From Marsupella aquatica (taxonomy: Eukaryota; Plantae; Marchantiophyta): DNA of 64,000 bases. Position 1 is the first letter of the stretch. Each line of letters opens with the position of its first letter. The position numbers and the translations under genes are program-made. Shown piece by piece: positions 25,895-38,326 of this stretch. Under the pieces are notes generated by a model, which ran no database searches, was not told where the DNA came from, and saw only the letters and a program-made list of their open reading frames with translations. The stretch lies in the NCBI GenBank assembly GCA_973895155.1, contig OZ316895.1, forward strand, positions 16,222,070 through 16,286,069, in the 5' to 3' direction.

Positions 25895-26260
25895 ACTTGA
25901 GGTGCATGTTGTTTCCGTTTTTCCCCATAGGCAAAACATTGTTGTTATCGTCAATCTCTCTGGCCCCAGGTGTCTGTACTGTGCAATATCGATTATTGTG
26001 CACAAGCTTGACAACACCCTAAACCCTACAGAGCTCAGCACCAACGGTCTATATCCCCTATTCTCTAATGATTATATCCTAGAGGGCTAAACCATGACTT
26101 GAGGTGCATGTTGCCGTTTTTTTTTCCCAAAGGCAAAACATTGTTGTTATCGTCGGTATGTCCCCAGGTGTCTGTACTTTGCAATATCGATTATTGTGCA
26201 CAAGTGTAACAACACCTTAACAACCCTTACAAAGCTCAGCACCCAACGGTCCATATCCAA
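25895..26260. repeat. Local tandem duplication, ~200-bp period
   Basis: CTTGAGGTGCATGTTG…GGCAAAACATTGTTGTTATCGTC…GCAATATCGATTATTGTGCACAAG…AACGGTC occurs twice. Confidence 0.8.
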
Positions 26261-27345
26261 CAAGGCAAAAGAATGCTTTGAATTGTCAACTCATGCACAA
26301 CAATGACCATGCAAGTGCCCCCAGCCCCCCAGCGCCAGGAATTTGACCTGCATGTGCATGAGCATTTGTGGTACTGTACAGTCAGGACTGTCAAGTAACC
26401 TAAGTTCATTTAGTCATGGCACCATAACCTGGACCTGACCAAAGCTACCTGATCATATTAAACTGAACAATAAAAAGTGTGACTGTAGGGTTCTGACAAC
26501 AAGATAAGATGGACAAATACCGCTTGAGGCCCATCACAATAAGCCAATAATTCTTTTAATGAAAATGATAATGATGTTCCACGCATGAACTTGAAATCTT
26601 TTAAGAGTGTCTCAGACAATTGAGCTCAAGTACAATCTGCACATTTTATACCCTGTAAGGTGGCGGTTTAAACCCCTCTTTTTGTGAAATAATGTTTTTT
26701 GGCTGTTCTTCTTTAAATAGAAATTGGCTCGCTGTGGGTGCGCGAAGCACATTCAACAGTGTTTTTGCTTGCTTTCATGTCCACAGTGAAGCGTACTTAG
26801 CTGATACGCAAAACATTCTCTACAAGAGTAAGTACACATTCATGCAGCTCCAGCACTATAGCATCAACAAGTGTGATATAGCTTTAATAGTTAGAATCAA
26901 AAGTTAAATGAGAATTCTAAATTTTTACATGGAATTGTACGATCAAATACATGTTTCTGTGTGTATTTGTGACACAAAACCCAAACCCTTATATGCATGG
27001 ATACTGGAATGATATATAATACATAGTCATCAAACTATCTAATGTTAAGGAAAGAGACAGAAGTAAGGGAGATTATGACTATTAGGTAGGGATAGGTTAG
27101 TTAGTGATTAGCGAGGAAGCCCATGGCAGTACACCTGAAGGAGACATGATCATGCCACCTACTTAGTGGTTGTCACTATCAAACCTGACTGCGGTAGAAA
27201 AGAATCAATATGAACATAACAAGTACATCCACCATAGTCTAGCTCCACAAGCTCCGCTATGACATGATCTCTCTCACCCTCCACAACCTTTGCACACAGA
27301 AGACTGAATGTGAGCACGCATTGAGTTCCCCTTGGGTATACCCCA

Positions 27346-28697
27346 TGTCATGCCTAGGTACATGGCTGTCGGTTCTGCTCGCCATGGTCCTCGCATGACT
27401 GCCAAGCCTTTGGTACCATTATGTTTTTGTCGGCTTATAATTTGGGTTTTGTTTTCCCAAGTTATGGCCCAATTAGGGCCATGGTTGACTTTATGTTCTT
27501 GTAGGGCAAGTATGGGTGTTCTTCAAGCAAAGCCATTTTTAAAAGACACCTTTTTGCTTCATCTGTTGTAGTTGACATTTTGTTCTTGTGGTGCGTTTTT
27601 GTGTTCTTTGAAGCAAAGTCATTTTGCTTCATTCACTACTTAGGTAGAGTCTTGCTCACTTGTTAGCTAGTTTTTCTTGAATTATTCTCGAGAAAGTGTG
27701 AGCAATTCAGATAGCTCTCCATTCCATACAGGGAATTAGACGTTGATTTGTTAGATGCTCCAGATTGATCTGGCATCCTGTCTGTTTTCATTTCATTGTC
27801 GGTTAGTTAAGTACACCCGTTTCTATGACGCATTTTTATTCAAGAAAAACTTGATGGCTTCCATGGGGTATAGGATGTCTTAGCATGCATCATTGTCTAA
27901 TTTTTCTTCCTACTTTTTGCTGTTAGGTAGGCACCCAATTCCACCTTGTGCTATTGTGCCTCCATGCTTGCGATGGTGGATTTGGACTCAATGGTAACCT
28001 GGTCTGATGTGATCTCTGAATGGGTTGCTCTATTCAAGAGGGTTACGCCGATGGCCATGGAGAATTTGGCCATATCACAACATAGGGAGACACTCCGGTT
28101 TGCACACACCGGTGTGGGCAATTTTCAGCCCAAGGTGAGAAAGTTTGAAGTAGGGAATTTTGTTTATTTGCAGCGGCAGCCCAATGACACCTTGGATACT
28201 TCTACTAGTCCTACCTTTCTCAGGGTTAAGTCCATTTGGCCACCCGGAGTGCTACAGTTACAAGGGGTAGATGGGCACACAATTTCTGATAATGCTAAGA
28301 ATTGTGTTCCTCGTCACTTGCCTAACCTTGATCCCACTATTGTGACTTCAACTTGGATTCCACCTGTGTAAGGTGTGTTTGTGCATTGACGATGCTGATC
28401 AGATGTTACTGTGTGATGATTGCAATAGTGGCTACGTACCATCTCTTCTGCCTCCGGCCTGAATTGACACAAGTACCAGAAAACTTATGGTTTTGCCCTC
28501 CATGTTCACCACTTGCAACTTGATTTGCTTCAGATCTCTTAATCTTTCTTGGCTATGGTCTGGGAGGATATAGAGGTTTACACCTCCACTACGTACATAC
28601 CATCTCATTGTTTGAGTACATTTGCAACATGTTTCATGTTTTTGAGTTTTATGAACTTAATGGTTTTGTCACATGTTTACAATGTTTATGTCACAAC
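27346..28697 (+). mobile_element. Internally deleted, diverged copy 3 of the DNMT/PHD retroelement family
   Basis: Starts TGTCATGCC. An A-like segment ends TTTTATTCAAGAAAAAC, then the sequence jumps to integrase (ORF 27946-28371: VDLDSMVTWSDVISE…NLDPTIVTSTWIPPV), a degenerate PHD, GGGAGG-ATATAGAGGTTTACACCTCC (B start) and ends ATGTCACAAC. The TSD is degraded (CCCA / CCTA?). Confidence 0.82.
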
Positions 28698-29361
28698 CCT
28701 ACACCATCCCCTGGTCTATGTGACCCTGGAACTCAAATGAGTGTTATCCTAGTCTTCAAATTCCTAACTAGTACTATTGAAGTAAATAGGTTATAATAGT
28801 GGCATAACCTAACATACCTCTTTTGTACGTTATCACACAAGCCTTGATGTCGGTGGTACTTCAAGCCAAACAGTTCAAACAACCAATGAGATGAGCTGAC
28901 AATCCAGCTCATGAATTTCTCAACAGGCAAGAGGCTTGGTCTAAACAAATTCCATCAACTGTGAAATACTAAATCACTGGTTTGACAAAACAGGATTTGA
29001 AAAAACTGAATACATAATATCTTTGGAGACTGTGAGCCACTGCAACATCTCCAAAAACCATGTATCAAGTTGCAAGTTAAAATCTGAATCACCAAATTTT
29101 TCAAGAAACCAAGAGACCCTTGGAAAGAGACCCAAACACCAAAGTTTCTCAAGAATCCTAAGATACACAAAATGTTTTTTGTGATTGTAATCGACCCAAA
29201 GAAGGTTTAGTTTAGTTTAGTTTAGTTCAGTTTCTCCTTGACTGGGGAGAATGTATTGACAAGTGATTCCTTTGCTTCTTGACTTCAAATTGTATTGGAT
29301 TCTCTGTTTGTACTCCAGCTCTCGCTCCAGCTAGATATGGATGTCATAATTGGAACCTCAA

Positions 29362-29663
29362 ACCAATTGGCTTAGGTCAATTGGCTAGGGGATTTGCCTG
29401 GAACTGAGAAGTTCCAGGTTTCAATCCCCCCTCCACACACTGGGGTGTGGAGGGTATATGTCGGTGGGATGGGTTTTGTGGGTAGTGGATTGGAGTTCTG
29501 ATTATCTGCTCGGCCCCTGGTTGCCCACTTTGTGGCCCTGATTTAATCCTCTCTTCTTCATGGTGCGGGTCCCTGTCCCGATCCATTGGGGGTCACCCTG
29601 GTCACATAGGGGTGGGGGGAGTCTAATTGTATTTCCTCCCCATTTCCTTTCAAGACAAAAAAA
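29362..29663 (+). mobile_element. tRNA-derived SINE-like retroposon
   Basis: Perfect 17-bp flanking direct repeat CATAATTGGAACCTCAA (29345-29361, 29664-29680), A7 tail, A-box-like TGGCTTAGGTCAATTGG and B-box-like GGTTTCAATCC (29417-29427). Confidence 0.75.
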
Positions 29664-32102
29664 CATAATTGGAACCTCAAGGTCAACAGAACTTAGAATA
29701 GCTTTCTTGCTGGGCACCTATGCTCTTTCAGGGCAACTTAAGCACAATTTGCATCTAACTGAAGCTAGATCCTCAAGTAAGCCATATAGTCCATATTGAT
29801 ACAGATGGGAAAACCCCCTTTGGCACTATGGGGTTGTTTAGTAGTCTTTTTCACACCATAGATGTACCACGTGGGAAAGTACACTTGTGCATTATGGGGC
29901 TGAACTCTCAGAATTGGCAATAGATGCACTCACTCACTCACAGGTAGTGAACTGCTTTGCGAAAGTTGAGGAGGGGCCCCTCAACCTATTTTCCCACTAT
30001 AACTCTGAGCATGAACTAGACAAAACTGAAATTCCTCAAGTACTCATCACTTACATTGAGAGTTAGATTCTGTAATTGTAGGTTTAGCAGGCTTCTCAAG
30101 AATAATATAAGTCACTTCTGGTCTCAGTTTCTAAGGTTGAGGTCCACTCTTGGTGTGTCATCAAGACAGTGTCCCATGGCACGTCACTCAAGAGATTTCC
30201 CACTCTTTCAAATGTGTTTCAAACAGACATGATCTTACAAAAGAACAAACTGAACACCAAAATCCATTGGTTACCTCACTAAGCTCAACCACTCAAGCTT
30301 TCCACACCCAATACAATTATCCTCCAGCCCAACCATAACTATTGCAGCTGGATGATGTGATTGTGAAACATTTGTCCATGCACCCTATCGACCACTATTA
30401 ATTGCAACCGTCTGCACTTCTGTTGCCAACGCAAAGGCCAGCCCAAAATGTCTGCCTCTATTGCTCAGTCTCTACTGCAGAATAACTTTCTTTGATATCC
30501 ATCTCCATTATGCTTCCAGCATGCGAGCCTGTGGATCCAAAAATGCAGAATTCTAGCTCTGACAAAATCTAGCAAAATTGGGTGGAGCAGCAACAAAGAG
30601 ATGAAGGAAAGAAGGCACACAAGTGAATCACAAGGCAACTGCATGATAGACAGCACAGTTTACAATGTAGGTCAATAACAAGAAGAGGTAAAGTAAATTA
30701 ATAGCAATCCATGGAAAGGAAGACAACCGAGTATAGTTTGGTTATGATAAACTCTCATATACCAATATGAAATGATAAAATCTGAAAGGTAACCCTTCTC
30801 ACTCTTTGTTGTTTGGAATACAATTTTTATTTTTTAAAACTCTTTTTATGAGTCTTGAGCACAATTGTTTTTGCCCTTCTTATCTCAAACAGAAACAGAC
30901 AAGTCATAGACAGCAATGACATGACAACACAATTTACAGTGACAAAAGTCACCTAGACAAACAATGATATGACAACAAGATGTGCCTGGAATTTTGAAAA
31001 GAACCTGTCAAGCCATTCATAATCTTTATTGGTCTACATGACATTCATTTCTTGTTGCAATTATCAATACATTCAACAAAAGATACAATAGACACTACTA
31101 TGTATTTTTACATCTGTCAAATCCTCTTTTGCAAACTAATACAGAATGTACATTGCAAGCTTACCATTACCTCCCAAGATGATTGAAATGGAAGACAGTA
31201 ATCTTTTCATTGAAGATTGGAGAAGTGAAACATTTGTGATGGACACCTACTATCCCGGGTACTATCCTGCTCATAGAATAATTAATCCGTGTAGTCCCTT
31301 GTTTGTTTGGATAATTAGGGTGTTTTAATTATGGACCCCCATGAGAGATCCCTTGCAAATTTCCTGTCACGAGGTTGTGCCACATCAGCACAACCGGACA
31401 CAAACAAGACAGATCCTATTTTTGACAGTAACAAAAGCGCACATTCATGTTTGTGGCAAAAGCAACGTAATTTTTGGGACGCCATGCCATAAGTATTAAG
31501 CATAAAAAACTAGAATACAAAGGAAGAGATGTCATTTAGTAAAATAAAGTTACCATTTTGATGTTTGTCAATGATATATCAGTGTTTTAAATCAAAGTGC
31601 TTGTATTTTTTAATTGCTTGCAAGTTTGAAAAAATAACCAATCGATAGAAATGTACATAGTTAGAACCCCTTTGGTTCCACATTGTAAAACTAAATAATC
31701 AATCTCCTTAGTATTTGATGAAATCTGTCAATGTTTGATTCATTGGAAAGTTCAAGATCAAGAAACTCATGACCTCTTAAATAGTACTGTCTTGATAAAA
31801 TCTATCAATGTCACATTCATTGGAAAGCTAGAGTAAAATTAGAAACTCATAATCTCCTTAAGTACTTGACAAAATCTATCAATGTTAGGCTCATTGGAAA
31901 GCTAGAGAAATTAGATACTCAAGATCTCTCTAATTCTTGACAAATACTCCCAATGTCACACATTAGAAAGCTAGAGAGATTGAAATCCTCATGATCTCGT
32001 GACAAAATCTAACATGAAATTTGTCAATGTCGGACTCAATGTTGGAAAGCTAAAAGAATTCATGAACTCATGATCAAAAATTCTTATTGTCACACTCATT
32101 GG

Positions 32103-32559
32103 TGTTGAGTATAGACGATAATCGCAACGGTAAGCACATGACATATCCAACATGCAAGTAGTCGACACAAGAGATACGTGGTTCACCTCCTTGAGGCTAC
32201 GTCCACGGGAACACACAAGAGAGCTTTACTGAATTTTAAGCCCGTCGGCTATACCGAGTCTCCACAGTGTAAGCTCTCCCTATCTCTCAAGTGGCTCTAT
32301 AACAATGAGCCTTGGTTCTACTTCTCCAAGCACACGTGCCTCTTATGATATAGTGTGCAACTTAGTTAACCTAACCACATTGTTGTACCTAATCACGTAG
32401 TTGTACCTAACCACATTGTTGTACCTAATCACGTAGTTGTACCTAACCACATTGTTGTACCTAATCACGTAGTTGTACCAAACCATGTTGTTGTACCAAC
32501 CCACGTTGTTGTACCAACCACGTCATACCTAACCTAGACGTAAGAGTAAATACCCAACA
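32103..32559 (-). repeat. Copia 3' LTR (457 bp)
   Basis: Direct repeat of 37942-38326 with extra 18-bp GTTGTACCTAA… units. Confidence 0.93.
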
Positions 32560-32772
32560 CTCTTCCCCTTGACTCTGGTCTAGGGGAGAGTAATACTGCC
32601 AATGTATATGATCCCTCAGCGGAAAGTTCTGGACAAAAACCAAACCGGTTTCCCTCTCTAACTAGAGCAAACCAGAATAAGCCGTAGCCTTATACATAGG
32701 AATGAGGAAGAGCATATATCAGTAATTACAATGAATGTTAAGAAAACTCTACTTGTGATGCAATTGCAAAAC

Positions 32773-35700
32773 CTACAATACGTCATGGTGTCTAGAGAAA
32801 CTCTCCAAAGGAATCACTTTGGTAAATGCGTCAGCCGGGTTGAGTTTACCATCAATCTTGACTAGCTCAAACAAATTATCAGACACAGCCTGCCTGATAA
32901 AATGGTACCTAACGTCAATGTGCTTCACTCTGCTGTCCATCACCTGGTTCACAGCAAGGTGGAGCGCACTTTGACTATCACAATGGAGCTTCACATTCCC
33001 CTGTGGCAATCCCATTTCAGTGATAAGTCTATCCAACCAAATCGCTTTCTTTGCTGCTTCCGCAACTGCAACATACTCCGCTTCTATAGTAGACTGAGCA
33101 ATACACTTCTGCAAAGTAGACCTCCAACTTATGCATCCACCGCCAAGTGTGAACACGTATCCTGTTGTTGATCTCCTTCGGTCCAGATCTTGTCCATAGT
33201 CAGAATCTACATAGCCAATCAATGATCTAGCATTCTTTGCATTCGCATCAAATAAAAGACCATGATCCACGGTACCCTTCAAGTACCTGATAATCCACTT
33301 AACTGCTTCCCAATGTACCTTCCCTGGATTTGACATGTACCTACTCACCTTGCCCATAGCCATGGCAAGATCAGGTCTAGTGCAAGTCATCAAATACATG
33401 AGACTTCTCACTGCCTTATCATAAGGAACCTTTGACATCAGCCCCTTCTCTGTCGCATCTATGGGACAGAAAGCTGATGACAATTTGAAGTGTGCAGCCA
33501 AAGGGGTACTTACTGGCTTGCTATCTCCCATGTTGAACCTAGCAATTACCTTCCTTGCATAACTGCTCTGTGTCAACCATAGCTTACCAGCCTCCAAGTC
33601 CCTAGTGATCTCCATACCCAAAATCCTCTTAGCTGGCCCCAGGTCCTTCATCTTAAACTCTGCATTGAGCAGTGCCTTAAGCTTAACAATCTCAGACCTA
33701 TCCTTGGCCGCAATAAGCATGTCATCCACATAAAGTACTAATACAATAAACCCAAAGACAACATTCTTCACCGGTTTCAAATACACACAAGGGTCAAATA
33801 CACTTCTGTGAAAACTTTGTGACCGAATCCAATCGTCAAACCGCTTGTTCCACTGTCTTGGTGACTGCTTCAACCCATACAAGGATTTCAGCAATCTGCA
33901 AACCAATTCCTCCTGTCCTCTCTTTACAAAACCTGGCGGTTGTCTCATGAAGATCACATCTTCCAAGGTGCCATAGAGAAAAGTTGTGACAACATCCATC
34001 TGATCTAGCAGCAGACCAAACATTACAACAAGTACACACAATAGCCGTATTGTAGAGTATTTAGCAACTGGTGAGAAGACCTCATTGTAATCCACACCTT
34101 TCTCTTGTGTGAATCCCTTTGCTACCAACCTAGCCTTGTAGACCTTCGATCCACCTCCTGTGGAATTATCCTTCAGCTTGTAAATCCACTTGCTGTTCAC
34201 CACTTGCTGACTCTTAGGCAGCTTAACAAGCTCCCAAGTTTTGTTATCATTTAGTGATTGCATCTCCGTTTGCATTGATGCAGTCCACTTCTGCTTCTCC
34301 TTTGAAGCACTTGCCTCATGAAATGAAGAAGGTTCCCCTTCTTCCAAAATTAACGCATCACCCTCATCATCAGTTGCAAAATCATCCTCTTGCAGTTGAG
34401 ATGAATCAACCCACTGTCCATACCTAGGAGGAGCGCGTACAGTACGACCAGATGTTCTTCTAGCCGATGACTTCGGTTGAATTGCGTCTACTGGTACAAT
34501 TTGAAGCTCAACAGCATCCATTTGTTGCTCACCAGCATCAATAAACTCCTCTTGTTCCTCTGGCATAGGAACCAGCTCCATGCTTGGAGCACCTCTTTCT
34601 CTCCAATCATGCACTTCATGATCAATCTCCCCCTCAACGAGATCCGAGATAGGAGATTTTCCTTTGTCAGTACGGGAGACCTGGGTATTCTCCCCTTCCT
34701 TCAATAATCTGGATTGATTGAAAGAAACATCCCTACTGACAACGAGCTTACAGGCAATAGGATCCCATAACCTGTAGGCCTTCACACCACTTTGATACCC
34801 AAGAAAAATACATTTCTTGGACGTAGGATCCAACTTGGTCCTATTCTGCTTTGGTGTGAGAGCATATGCATCACTTCCAAAAACTACCAAGCCATGATAG
34901 TCTGCTTGCCGCTTATAACGCATTTCAAACGGCATTTTGAAATTGATTGCACTAGAAGGAGAAAGATTTACCAAATAAATTGCAGTATTGACAGCTTCTG
35001 CCCAAAATTCCTGTGGTAAACCTGATTGGCTCAGCATACTCCGTGACCGCTCCAATAGTGTTCGATTGAGCCTCTCAGCTACACCATTCTGTTGTGGAGT
35101 ATAAATTATGGTGAGATGACGAGTTATCCCCTATTCTGCACAGTACTCTTCAAATTCTATTGAAGTATACTCCCCGCCGTTGTCTGACCTTAGACTCTTC
35201 ACCCTTGTATCCAAACACTTAACCGTGTTTCCTGTCTGATTCTCTACTTGGGCCTTCCACTTTGTAAAAATGGACAAGACATCAGACTTATGCGTCATGA
35301 AATAAATCCATACAAATCTTGAGTAATCGTCAATAAAGGATACATAGTACAATTTTCTAGAATGTGAGGGAGTCGGGGATGGTCCCCACACGTCACTATG
35401 TATGTACTCAAGAACCGCTTTGGAATGATGAGTTCCAACACCGAAAGCACGACGATGATGCTTTCCAAATATGCAATGCTCACAGAAATCCAATTTACAA
35501 GACTGCAAATCAGAAATGAGCCCATTCTTTGGCAAGATAGCCAAACCCTTCTCACTCATGTGGCCTAGCCGTGAATGCCACAGTTGAGTCATTTCCTCGT
35601 GAGACTTGGTCACATTGGCCTCTCCACATACTGTATTGCCCTACAACACATACAAATTCTTCTATCTGCGCCCCTTCAAAACCACTGTCTCTCCCAACAT

Positions 35701-36888
35701 GACTTGAAGTTCACCATCAATTACTCGCCATTGATGACCATTTATATCCAACACACCGAGTGAAATCAAATTCTTACGCATGCTAGGTACAAACCTGACT
35801 CCGGACACTATGCGCACAATGCCATCAAACATTTGAATCTTTACAGACCCAATACCCTCAACTTGACAGGAGTGATCATTTCCCATCAAAACTGAACCGT
35901 TTGACACAGAATAAGAATTGAAATACTCGCAAATGTAACAAATGTGAAAGGAGCAAGCACAATCAAGAATCCACACATCATTTACTCTCCTAGATGATGT
36001 GCACAGGGCATACTCCTGACTTCATAAAACATACTCATCGTTGAGTAAATCAACTTCTCCATCAACACTAGCCACATTGGCTGATGAAGATTCAGCTGCC
36101 TTACCCTTACAATCCCTCTTAATGTGGCCAGTCTTGCCACACTTCCAGCATACTACCGGCTTCCTCTCTTGGGACTTCCCCCTTGAAGCAAATATTGTCC
36201 TAGATTTACTTCTTCCCCTGCCATCTGTGTGGTGCTCTAGATGCTTCTGTGACCTCCCACGATTCACATTCAAGGCAGCACCAGACGACGATGATGGTTG
36301 AGAGGGCATGGTCAATTTTTGCTGCAAGTCATCAGTCAACAGAGCACTTACAACTTCATTATAAGTGATAGTCAGCCTGTCACGATGAAGCAGCACTCGT
36401 GACAATGACTGATACGACAAGGGTAAAGAGCTAAGCAAGTGAAGAGTCTGCCGCTCATCACTCAAATCCTCCCCCAGATTTTGCAAATCAATGACCAGGT
36501 CGTTGAAACCATCGATATGGTCCTGAATCTTTGCACTTCCCTCCTTCATCTTGAAGCTCATAAGCTTCAAAGATGTGTAGAGCCGATTTGATAGCTCCTT
36601 TTGATGGTACTTTTGCTCCAACGCAGCAAACAATGATGCACAATTGACATGGTCTACCAATTGCTTGATGACATTAGGCTGAAGATAGAGCATCACGGTG
36701 CTCACAGCCTGCTCCTACATGTCCTGCCAATCATCATTGTCGACATCATTTGGCTGGTCCTTCAACAATTTCCCAAGCCCGGTTGCACGGAGTACCCCCT
36801 TCACTTGCCGCTCCCACAACAAGTAGTCCGTGCGACCATCGTATTTTGTAACCTCAAACTTGGGACCTCCAAGCTTGATTGTTCCCAT
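32773..36888 (-). pseudogene. Copia Gag-PR-IN-RT-RNase H polyprotein, disrupted
   Basis: KYDGRTDYLLW Gag, CWKCGKTGHIKRDC knuckle, WILDCACSFH protease, LWHSRLGH…CEHC, HSDVWGP / RSDNGGEY integrase, KARLVAKGF and LYVDDM RT, CDSQSA / NPADAFTK RNase H. Split over ORFs 36912-36715, 36705-36022, 35976-35662, 35613-35131 and 35055-32773. Confidence 0.95.
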
Positions 36889-37941
36889 CCTTTTTCTTGT
36901 CACTCGCCGCAATACCGGTGACTACAATTCCGCTAGATCTTCTGCTTCCTCCTCTGTTCTCTCCGGTGACTCAACAGAACCCTCCTCCAAGTCACTCATG
37001 TGAGAAATCAAGAAAAATGATATTTTTCTTAACTTCTCCAAACACTCAAAGGTTATCACTACCACGTAGCCCACGAGCCTAGCTTTCCAACGCTGAAAAC
37101 CAGAATCAAAACCAAACTTTGACGTAAAAGTTATTCACTTTTCGGTCGGGATGGGTAAAACTTGGAATTCTCCCCCGTTTTGACCATCTCGGGGAATAAC
37201 CAAAATGTGAACTAGTACCCGACGTCGGAAATGCAATTCAATTTGTGCACCGTGTTGCCAACTCTGATGGCTTGTCAACAACGAATGTTGATGAATTGCA
37301 CAGTTTGGTACCGTCACCAAGTCCAACAAGGTAATTGATTTCGCTTAGCCTTCCTCTTCCCATCAAAGAGCCAATCCTGGACTCAAAACAATCGTCTTGC
37401 CTCAATCTCTCCGTTGAGTCAAAACACTTGACGCTTCTCCCTCCGAGTTGATCGCAACGACAAGAAATCCCGCTCAGGCAAAAGAGGACTCCATAGCCGG
37501 TCAGAAAATCAGAATGCTTCTTTTGCTCGTTGCGACGCACTCGTTACACACTCGACAATAAACCATCTACCAAAATGATCAGCTCATCCCGATCTACAAG
37601 CAGAGCTACAACATGCGACGCCTTCTTCGCCGTAGAGCTCACACCGTCGAGAAAACACACTCTGGTCCCTCCTCCAAAAAATCGTTGAACACGAATGTTG
37701 CCGACTTTCTTCACAAAATCCAGAATGACAAAAACTTAGATCTCTCCGCACCATGAGCTCCGTTCAGCGATTTCTTCACACCGTTAGAAAGCCTTTGCCC
37801 AGATCTATCCGTTGAGCCCATAAACTCCAAGTTCCATGCGATGGAACTTTGGGAAATCCACCGACACTCAACGCTGAAAAAAACCGTCACAAAATCCCAT
37901 CACGAACACATGTCACCTCCCAGGCATGCTCTGATACCAAT

Positions 37942-38326
37942 TGTTGAGTATAGACGATAATCGCAACGGTAAGCACATGACATATCCAACATGCAAGTAG
38001 TCGACACAAGAGATACGTGGTTCACCTCCTTGAGGCTACGTCCACGGGAACACACAAGAGAGCTTTACTGAACTCTAAGCCCGTCGGCTATACCGAGTCT
38101 CCACAGTGTAAGCTCTCCCTATCTCTCAAGTGGCTCCATAACAATGAGCCTTGGTTCTACTTCTCCAAGCACACGTGCCTCTTATGATATAGTGTGCAAC
38201 TTAGTTAACCTAACCACATTATTGTACCTAATCACGTAGTTGTACCTAACCACGTAGTTGTACCAAACCATGTTGTTGTATCAACCACGTCATACCTAAC
38301 CTAGACGTAAGAGTAAATACCCAACA
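37942..38326 (-). repeat. Copia 5' LTR (385 bp)
   Basis: Adjacent to the PBS; direct repeat of 32103-32559. Confidence 0.93.

Larger units (their letters stand above)
32103..38326 (-). mobile_element. Full-length Ty1/Copia LTR retrotransposon (degenerate)
   Basis: Near-identical LTRs 32103-32559 and 37942-38326 (TGTTG…CAACA), ATTGG TSD, tRNA-iMet PBS TGGTATCAGAGC (37928-37939, minus) and PPT AAGGGGAAGAG (32560-32570, minus). Confidence 0.96.
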
